DNA of 18,688 nucleotides, from positions 1 to 18,688 of the IMG/VR virus record IMGVR_UViG_3300045988_169134, one strand, 5' to 3'. Below are positions 1-5,019 of this stretch, piece after piece (within the stretch, counting starts at the first letter, position 1; each line of letters opens with the position of its first letter). Source of the DNA: a virus. Both the position numbers and the translations under genes were made by a program. Under the pieces are notes generated by a model. The model was not told the DNA's origin and ran no database searches. It worked only from the letters and a program-made list of their open reading frames with translations.

Positions 1-30
1 TTTTGGGAAACGGGCGCGCGGGCGCGCACG

Positions 31-60
31 CGTATACCCCATCTCGTCCATTCGTGTCAA
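31..60 (-). promoter_or_regulatory. Outward-facing promoter-like element in left ITR (TTGACA-N18-TATACG)
   Basis: The minus strand reads cTTGACA (60..55), 18 nt, TATACG (36..31). The C-TTGAC, the 18-nt spacer and the TATAC core match P1/P2, but the element points at the genome end about 30 nt away. The last -10 base is G rather than T. Function is unknown. Confidence 0.3.
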
Positions 61-397
61 GCCATCCTACCTGTGAGCTCCCTCGCATTTTATATCCTAC
101 CATGGATAGCACAAATCGGGTGGTCTTCCTCACGCCCTCTCGGCGCCGTCGGTCTCTCATCCATCCGGGGTCTCTCGGCGCGCCCTCCTCGCTGGTATGC
201 CTCAAATCGTCACGTAATGGCCGATTTCCCGGCTTCTCTCCCCCTCGTCGCTAGGGTCGCTTGGGTGCCTCTTTCTAAGGCTCTCAGAATCGATTCTCGT
301 GCTTCTGGCTGGCGCCGTCGTGTCCGACGCCCCCTCGTGAGATGTGATATCTCATATCTCACCCCGAGGAATGTGTCCCACATCACTCCCCTCGTCC

Positions 398-427
398 TTG
401 ACTTCGCCTCCGCCCTCGGGCTATACT
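398..427 (+). promoter_or_regulatory. Early promoter P1 (inside left ITR)
   Basis: TTGACT (398..403), 18-nt spacer, TATACT (422..427), then GGATACATC. A leader hairpin CCGAGGG/CCCTCGG lies at 438..456. SD-like AAAGGA (466..471) sits 7 nt before ATG 479. Confidence 0.6.
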
Positions 428-478
428 GGATACATCACCGAGGGAGAGGCCCTCGGGATAGCTCGAAAGGATCGAAAA

Positions 479-784
479 ATGAGCTACACGAAGAACGCCA
501 GGGTTGCCGAGGCGGTCATGGAGTCCACGCTCGGGGCCCAGACCCTTGCGGGGACCCCCCTCTATCAGATGGCGGGCCTGAACGTCAACCCCCGCTCGGA
601 CGGCTTCACGATCGAGTGGGAGGTCCGCCCCGGCCGCTTTGAGGCCCTCTACGAGCTTGATGCTCGCGGGGTCACCCAGACTGAGGATGGTGCGGCGCTC
701 ATCTCCTATCAGGAGCGCTACGGTGAACTCGGGATCGCCTGCGTGAGCGCCCTGCGCAGCGCTGTCGAGGATGCCTTCCTCTGA
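479..784 (+). CDS. Hypothetical early protein, 101 aa (MSYTKNARVAEAV...)
   Basis: ATG at 479 is preceded by AAAGGA and promoter P1. The ORF-track frame 344..784 would otherwise run through the promoter. Stop is TGA at 782..784, followed by a strong terminator. I recognise no domain. Confidence 0.75.
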   Translation: MSYTKNARVAEAVMESTLGAQTLAGTPLYQMAGLNVNPRSDGFTIEWEVRPGRFEALYELDARGVTQTEDGAALISYQERYGELGIACVSALRSAVEDAFL

Positions 785-797
785 TCCCCCGGCCATC

Positions 798-825
798 GGC
801 CCCCTCCCTCGGGAGGGGGCCTTTC
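798..825 (+). terminator. Intrinsic terminator after first left-arm gene
   Basis: GGCCCCCTCCC (798..808) pairs perfectly with GGGAGGGGGCC (811..821). The inner pair must open to form a loop. TTTCCT follows. The element starts 14 nt after the stop codon. Confidence 0.7.
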
Positions 826-869
826 CTGTGGTCGGCGGCCTTTGCGTGGGGTGTTTCACATTTTCCGGC

Positions 870-899
870 TTGACGGTGGTACCCACCTCAGGCTATACT
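870..899 (+). promoter_or_regulatory. Early promoter P2
   Basis: TTGACG (870..875), 18-nt spacer, TATACT (894..899), then GGATATATC. It shares GGCTATACTGGATA(C/T)ATC and a GAAAGGATC leader with P1. AAAGGA (919..924) sits 8 nt before ATG 933. Confidence 0.6.
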
Positions 900-932
900 G
901 GATATATCGGATCGAGAGAAAGGATCATTCCG

Positions 933-1325
933 ATGGAAGAAGAGAAGATCGCCGCGGTGGAGCGGGTCGCGACCGGCCTGCATAAAACCCTCGCGGCAGA
1001 ATTCCAGTCCCCGGCGGGGAGTGTGGAGATAGACTGCGAGTGGACCGGTGAGGATTTCAATAGGATCATCCTCGCCGCCCCCGCCGGGAAGTTGTTCGTC
1101 ATCGTCACGTCGGCGGTTGGCGAGGAGGGCGCCGATGTGCGCGTAGTCGTCTTCGACTCCGAGACCTTCGAGTGCAAGGGGCGCCTCTCAGAGGCGCATA
1201 CTCGGGAGCTGGGACGCGTGGCTCGCGCCGTCGCGGCGATCCCTGAGGTTGACAGCGTGTGGCTCGATGCGAAGTGGTTGAAGACTTTTTTCGCGTCCGT
1301 CCGCCCCGAGGAGGTCGACTCATGA
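933..1325 (+). CDS. Hypothetical early protein, 130 aa (MEEEKIAAVERV...)
   Basis: Internal ATG of ORF 771..1325 placed just downstream of P2 and its SD. The upstream part of that ORF overlaps terminator and promoter. No domain recognised. Confidence 0.75.
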   Translation: MEEEKIAAVERVATGLHKTLAAEFQSPAGSVEIDCEWTGEDFNRIILAAPAGKLFVIVTSAVGEEGADVRVVVFDSETFECKGRLSEAHTRELGRVARAVAAIPEVDSVWLDAKWLKTFFASVRPEEVDS

Positions 1326-1510
1326 TAGCCGATATTGTCCTTCTCATGGCCCTGTGCGTTCTGCAGGTCTTGGCGGCGGTCGCCGCCGGGGCCTGTGCCC
1401 TGGCTCTGCGCGACCAGGTGCGCGCCGGGTTGCTCGTGCCGCTGTGGGCGGTCGCCGGTGTGTGCGTTGTCTCCGTGGGCGGTGCCCTGGCTCAGGTGGC
1501 GGTCCTATGA
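1322..1510 (+). CDS. Small hydrophobic protein, 62 aa, about two predicted transmembrane helices
   Basis: ATGA start/stop overlap with the previous gene (ATG 1322, TGA 1323..1325). The sequence MIADIVLLMALCVLQVLAAVAAGACALAL...LLVPLWAVAGVCVVSVGGALAQVAVL is almost entirely hydrophobic. Confidence 0.7.
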   Translation: MIADIVLLMALCVLQVLAAVAAGACALALRDQVRAGLLVPLWAVAGVCVVSVGGALAQVAVL

Positions 1511-1926
1511 GCGGCCGCCCCGTGAAAATGGCGCCCGAGCTGCGCACCTCGCTCCTGACGGAGGTCGTGCTGGCCGCCCTGAACGCCGGTGTCAAGGGTG
1601 CCCTGCCGGTGCGGGTGGAGACGACAGGCCCCTACACCACAGTCCTGGCGGTAGCTGAATCGAATCTCTGGTATGGCGGCATGAGGCTCGCCCTGACGAC
1701 GTGCGTCGGCAGTGTTTCACGGGCGGTCGTCTCCGCTGTCTGGCGCCCCGACCCGTCCGAGCCCCTGCGCGAGCTCCGCGCGGCGCGCATGGAGCGTCTG
1801 GCGGAGGCCATCGAGGCCGAGCCGGGCGTGACCGAAGCTGTGCTCGACGAGACCTACGGCAGTAGCATTCTTGTACAGCTCTCCTATGGGAGGGCCCGAA
1901 TTATCAGGGAGGGCAATAATGGCTAG
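1507..1926 (+). CDS. Hypothetical early protein, 139 aa
   Basis: ATGA overlap with the previous gene (ATG 1507). It is an in-frame part of ORF 1354..1926. No domain recognised. Confidence 0.7.
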   Translation: MSGRPVKMAPELRTSLLTEVVLAALNAGVKGALPVRVETTGPYTTVLAVAESNLWYGGMRLALTTCVGSVSRAVVSAVWRPDPSEPLRELRAARMERLAEAIEAEPGVTEAVLDETYGSSILVQLSYGRARIIREGNNG

Positions 1927-2278
1927 GAGGGCCCACATGATGCAAATTCGCCTCGCGCAGGCGCTAGAGGAACTCGCCGACCTGGTCGGCGAAGCAATCG
2001 ACGAACCGATCTGGGCTCACTGGACGGGCGGCCGGGTCGGCTGGCTCATGATCGACGACGGGATCGACTCGCGGATCGGCGCCTCTGTCGACTACCGGGA
2101 CCGTCTCATGACGCTGAACCTGCCGCCCGAGCGGGCCGCCGGGTCGAGCGCACATCTGCGTGGCTGGCTCGGTGACTGGCTGGCCGACGCCGGTCTCGCC
2201 TGGTGTGCTGGCTGTGACGACCTCGGCGACCGCGTGCTGATCGACGTGGCCCGCGACTATAGGCTGGTGTGCCGTTGA
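1919..2278 (+). CDS. Hypothetical acidic Trp-rich protein, 119 aa
   Basis: ATG 1919 is preceded by GGGAGGG (1907..1913) and overlaps the stop of the previous gene. An alternative ATG at 1937 also has an AGGAGGG upstream. No domain recognised. Confidence 0.65.
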   Translation: MARRAHMMQIRLAQALEELADLVGEAIDEPIWAHWTGGRVGWLMIDDGIDSRIGASVDYRDRLMTLNLPPERAAGSSAHLRGWLGDWLADAGLAWCAGCDDLGDRVLIDVARDYRLVCR

Positions 2279-2595
2279 TGCCGATCCTGGACGACCCTCG
2301 ACAGCCCTGGAACCCGGCCCACGAGATTTTACGACAGGTCGGCGCCGAGCGGCACCGCTCCCGCGAGGAGGCTATCGACTGGCTGCTGCGGGTGCCGCTG
2401 GCGGGCGAGCTGACGGATCTGGCGCCCGAGTGGCGCGAGTGGGTCGCCGAGCAATGTACTTGCTGGCTGGGATCCTCGGAGTCGTGGTGGACGTCGCCGG
2501 TGCCGGTGATCGCCGAGTGGGTGGAGACTGCCCAGGTTATGGCGGAGGCCGGTGACGCCGCGCCCGAGCAACTGGTACTGGACCTGGACCTGTAA
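2278..2595 (+). CDS. Hypothetical strongly acidic, Trp-rich protein, 105 aa
   Basis: ATG 2278 overlaps the TGA (2276..2278) of the upstream gene; a GTG at 2269 is an alternative start. The protein has 8 Trp and no Lys. Stop is TAA at 2593..2595, followed by the bidirectional terminator. Confidence 0.65.
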   Translation: MPILDDPRQPWNPAHEILRQVGAERHRSREEAIDWLLRVPLAGELTDLAPEWREWVAEQCTCWLGSSESWWTSPVPVIAEWVETAQVMAEAGDAAPEQLVLDLDL

Positions 2596-2600
2596 AGGAG

Positions 2601-2614
2601 GTTTCACGTGAAAC
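2601..2614. repeat. 14-bp palindrome GTTTCACGTGAAAC, copy 1 (perfect)
   Basis: Read directly from the sequence. It lies between the stop of the left operon and the terminator hairpin, and overlaps the hairpin by 4 nt (AAAC). Confidence 0.9.
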
Positions 2615-2641
2615 CCCCCGGAGTAAGTTTCCGGGGGGTTT
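2611..2641. terminator. Bidirectional intrinsic terminator between convergent arms
   Basis: AAACCCCCCGGA (2611..2622) pairs perfectly with TCCGGGGGGTTT (2630..2641), with a 7-nt loop. The plus strand continues with the T-rich CTTTC. On the minus strand the hairpin starts 3 nt after the stop of the holin gene. Confidence 0.75.
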
Positions 2642-2644
2642 CTT

Positions 2645-2938
2645 TCATCTGGTGTTGGCGGCTGCGAGGCCGACGCCGAGGAAGCCGGCGATGGCGGGGC
2701 CGATGAGGGCGGCGGTCTCGCCGGTGACCCACCCGGCGGCGACGCCGAGCGGGATGAGGCCGGTGAGGGCTCGGTAGGCCCATTTGCGCCAAGGGAGCCA
2801 TCGGTCGGTGCCGGTCGTGTCGACGATGTCGCCGACGGCGGCGGGGGTGCCGTCGGCGACGGCGTGTTTGGCGGCCTGGAATGCTGCGAGGGTGCCGGTG
2901 TCGGTAACGCCGGTATCGAGGTGCTTGGGGGTGCTCAT
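2645..2938 (-). CDS. Putative holin, 97 aa, two C-terminal transmembrane helices
   Basis: ATG 2938 is preceded by GGAGGA. The C-terminus AYRALTGLIPLGVAAGWVTGETAALIGPAIAGFLGVGLAAANTR resembles actinophage/r1t-type holins as I recall them. It is adjacent to the endolysin and is the last gene of the minus-strand train. Confidence 0.65.
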   Translation of the reverse strand: MSTPKHLDTGVTDTGTLAAFQAAKHAVADGTPAAVGDIVDTTGTDRWLPWRKWAYRALTGLIPLGVAAGWVTGETAALIGPAIAGFLGVGLAAANTR

Positions 2939-3046
2939 TATCCTCCGTGGATGTATCTGTGGCAGTCTAGGTGATAGTGGACGACGTCGGGGTCGTCGGT
3001 GATGCAGATGAGCGGGATGGGGTCCCCACATCCCGCGCACCTGCAA

Positions 3047-3784
3047 TTAGGCATCCTTCTGGCCATTTTTGTCCAGCTTGTTAATAATTTCCTCGAGTGC
3101 GTGGTGACTGGCGGCCGGGTAGCCGAAGCCGTATCCCGGCACTTCCAGGAATCCTCGCAACTGTTCGACGGTGGCCGTCAATTTGTTGATGGTCTCCTGC
3201 AGGTCCCCGAGAGAATTTTGGGTCGCCTGTGGATAACCGAAGCTCTGCTCGGGCACCTTGAGGTTGCTGTATATCCAGTCAAGTTTGTTGGCCTGGTCGG
3301 GTGTCAAATCGCCCTCCTCGCTATCGTCCTCTATGAATCGCCTCACGGCTATAATACTCGCGGACCCGGTGAGGCTCGGGTCGGAGAGTCGATGGAAGCG
3401 GGGGCCGCGGCCCGGGCCGCCATGCCCCCACGTGTACTCACCGCCGGCGTAGAGCTCGACGTGGGAGATGCGCCCGGCGAAGGGGCCGGTCGCCCACCCC
3501 ATGCAAATGACGTCGGCAGGGCGGAGCGTGTCGAGGTCGAGGTCGCGCCACGTGTGCGTGTAGGCGATGGAGCGCCCCTGGACGGCGATGTTGAAGCTCC
3601 GCTCCCCCAGTCGAATGCCGGCGCACTGCAGGTAGGCCTGTGCTATGGTGGAGCTACAGTCGCCCCAGCCGTAGCGCTCAGGATCCCTGCGGCGCCAATC
3701 GTTCGTGTAGCCGAAGGCGTTCTCATGCTTGGCCATCCATGCTACGATGGCGGCCCTAGTCGTCGCTGCCGTGATTTTTATCAC
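3047..3784 (-). CDS. Endolysin with N-terminal NlpC/P60-type cysteine peptidase domain, 245 aa
   Basis: GTG start at 3784 is preceded by GAAGGGG. It carries the GWGDCSS (catalytic Cys) and ISHVELYAGG (His) motifs typical of NlpC/P60. The C-terminal 70 aa contain two FGYP...INKL repeats. Confidence 0.85.
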   Translation of the reverse strand: MIKITAATTRAAIVAWMAKHENAFGYTNDWRRRDPERYGWGDCSSTIAQAYLQCAGIRLGERSFNIAVQGRSIAYTHTWRDLDLDTLRPADVICMGWATGPFAGRISHVELYAGGEYTWGHGGPGRGPRFHRLSDPSLTGSASIIAVRRFIEDDSEEGDLTPDQANKLDWIYSNLKVPEQSFGYPQATQNSLGDLQETINKLTATVEQLRGFLEVPGYGFGYPAASHHALEEIINKLDKNGQKDA

Positions 3785-4010
3785 ACCCCTTCAGAGTGTC
3801 TTCCACTTTCCCGAGCCTAGCCTCGACGTCGGCCAGGCGTTCGAGGATCCCCGGGGACGCGGGCACGCCGGGACGCGCCGCCTCCCCCATAAGGTCGTCC
3901 AGAAAATGAGAGATTCGTCTCAGATTTGGCATTATTTTCCACACCACCCCCGCGAGGGCGATGATACCACCAAGTCCGAGCCCCGTCAATCCGTCGATGA
4001 GACTGTCCAT
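3756..4010 (-). CDS. Single-pass membrane protein, 84 aa (holin/antiholin candidate)
   Basis: ATG 4010 is preceded by AAGGGGGTG and lies 1 nt after the ATPase stop. It has an N-terminal hydrophobic helix (GLTGLGLGGIIALAGVVW) and a charged, coiled-coil-like tail. It overlaps the endolysin start by 29 nt. Confidence 0.6.
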   Translation of the reverse strand: MDSLIDGLTGLGLGGIIALAGVVWKIMPNLRRISHFLDDLMGEAARPGVPASPGILERLADVEARLGKVEDTLKGCDKNHGSDD

Positions 4011-4011
4011 A

Positions 4012-5019
4012 TCACACCCCCTTGAAGGTCTGGATAAAGCAATTTCTCGTCTGTGGCTTGTCGAAATAGAGTTCCCCACGATTGTACATGCGTCTGGCCG
4101 ACGCTAGGAACGAATCGCGCGGAGAACAATACATCGTATGCTCTGTGACGAGCTTGACTTCGCTCGTTATGCGGAGTTGCTGTTTGGGGAGCTTTTCTTG
4201 GCAGTACCATCCGGACTGGCGCGGGTCGATCCACAGGGAGAATTCCCCGAGCTCGGTGACGACGGTGCACGCGTAGTCCGAGTAGTGTGGTTTCCTGCCG
4301 ATGAGAACGCCGTTGTTGTCGACGAAACGCGATTTCATCATATAGTCAGCGTTGTCGCCACCGACGGACGACAGAAATTTTCCGAATTTTGTTTTCGCGA
4401 CCTGGTCGGCGAAGACAGCGTCATCGGAGGTGTGGACGGCGATGAATCCGTCGTGGTACGTTTCGAACTCGCTTGATGGCACGATGCCGTATTTGATGAA
4501 GTATGGGTTAGTGATGGAGGCCGCGTTGGCGAGGAAGAGTGCCTGAACACGGTCGTCCCAGCGGTCGATCGTCGAATAAAAACCCTCGAAAATGTCGGCT
4601 TCCTTCGGTAGATACCGGGTGAGGCCTTCTTCGAGGATGAACTCGTCGAAAACGAGGGTTCCCACCTCGCGGAAGCTCATGGATTTGGCCTGTCTCGCTT
4701 GGGTGAGGGCGGTGCATCTGCCGACGAGGGCGCCGGTCTTGGTGCCATCGTCGACCCAGAGGGAGTTTTGACGCACGGTGAAGTCATGGTCGGGGAAACG
4801 TTCGGCGATGTCGGCCATGAACGTTTGAAACGCCGCCTTTTCGCCTTTATGGCGCCGGAGGTAGACGAACTGCGACCCTTTGTCGATGAAGCGGCGCAGC
4901 GCTATCTTTTTGGCGCCGTAGGTTTTCCCGGTGCCGCGGGCGCCTGTGACGACGGTCCACGGTGCATTGTAGGAGAGGATGGGCCCGAAGTCATAGTAGT
5001 TGAGGGCTTGTTTAGTCAT
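4012..5019 (-). CDS. DNA encapsidation (packaging) ATPase, phi29 gp16-like, 335 aa
   Basis: ATG 5019 is preceded by GAGGT. It has a Walker A motif (GARGTGKTYGAKK) and a Walker B-like motif (LVFDEF). It aligns by eye with phi29 gp16: GARGIGKSY, FIYVRRYK vs FVYLRRHK, FPDHE vs FPDHD, IVFDEFI, NPYF. Its length is close to that of gp16. Confidence 0.9.
   Translation of the reverse strand: MTKQALNYYDFGPILSYNAPWTVVTGARGTGKTYGAKKIALRRFIDKGSQFVYLRRHKGEKAAFQTFMADIAERFPDHDFTVRQNSLWVDDGTKTGALVGRCTALTQARQAKSMSFREVGTLVFDEFILEEGLTRYLPKEADIFEGFYSTIDRWDDRVQALFLANAASITNPYFIKYGIVPSSEFETYHDGFIAVHTSDDAVFADQVAKTKFGKFLSSVGGDNADYMMKSRFVDNNGVLIGRKPHYSDYACTVVTELGEFSLWIDPRQSGWYCQEKLPKQQLRITSEVKLVTEHTMYCSPRDSFLASARRMYNRGELYFDKPQTRNCFIQTFKGV

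Larger units (their letters stand above)
1..487. repeat. Left inverted terminal repeat (ITR), 487 bp
   Basis: 1..487 is the reverse complement of 18202..18688. I checked the terminal ~30 nt and the inner boundary base by base: identity holds through 487/18202 and breaks at 488 vs 18201. ORF-track translations in three frames (3..254, 73.., 344..) are identical to their right-end counterparts. The repeat begins 5'-TTTTGGGAAAC. Confidence 0.95.

Noticed and set aside
102-254. A possible leaderless 50-aa ORF (MDSTNRVVFLTPSRRRR...) starting 6 nt after a TATATC box in the ITR.
   Set aside because: The -10 box lacks the invariant final T, and I found no -35. The composition is not clearly coding-like, and there is no support beyond the open frame. 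It would need ribosome profiling or conservation evidence.
3-642. ORFs inside the ITRs: 3..254 and 73..642, the mirrored 18435..18686 and 18119..18616, and the upstream extension 344..478 of gene 1.
   Set aside because: They start within a few nt of the DNA end or at non-ATG codons without an SD. They run across the P1 promoter and encode Arg/Ser/Pro-rich sequence. The extension 344..478 would place a promoter and leader inside the gene. I treat the region as non-coding ITR.
771-932. N-terminal extensions offered by the ORF track: 771..932 for gene 2, 5020..5124 for the ATPase, 4011..4079 for the membrane protein, 2939..3046 for the holin, 14095..14181 for the scaffold, 15914..15931 for the polymerase, and 17819..17905.
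   Set aside because: In each case an internal ATG/GTG with a GGAGG-type SD and/or start-stop overlap with the upstream gene gives a better model. The extensions cross terminators, promoters or upstream genes and are Arg/Pro-rich.
2601-2614. Assigning the palindrome to a known regulator family (CRP/GlxR TGTGA-N6-TCACA, Rex TTGTGAA-N4-TTCACAA, GlnR GTnAC-N6-GAAAC, E-box).
   Set aside because: The half-site orientation and spacing do not match any consensus I can recall. Naming a regulator would be a guess.
2608-2706. GTG at 2608 preceded by AAAGGAGG, which looks like a strong SD plus start codon after the left operon.
   Set aside because: The frame runs straight through the bidirectional terminator hairpin and antisense into the holin gene. 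The GTG is the centre of the palindrome. More likely the AAAGGAGG is fortuitous or part of the regulatory composite.
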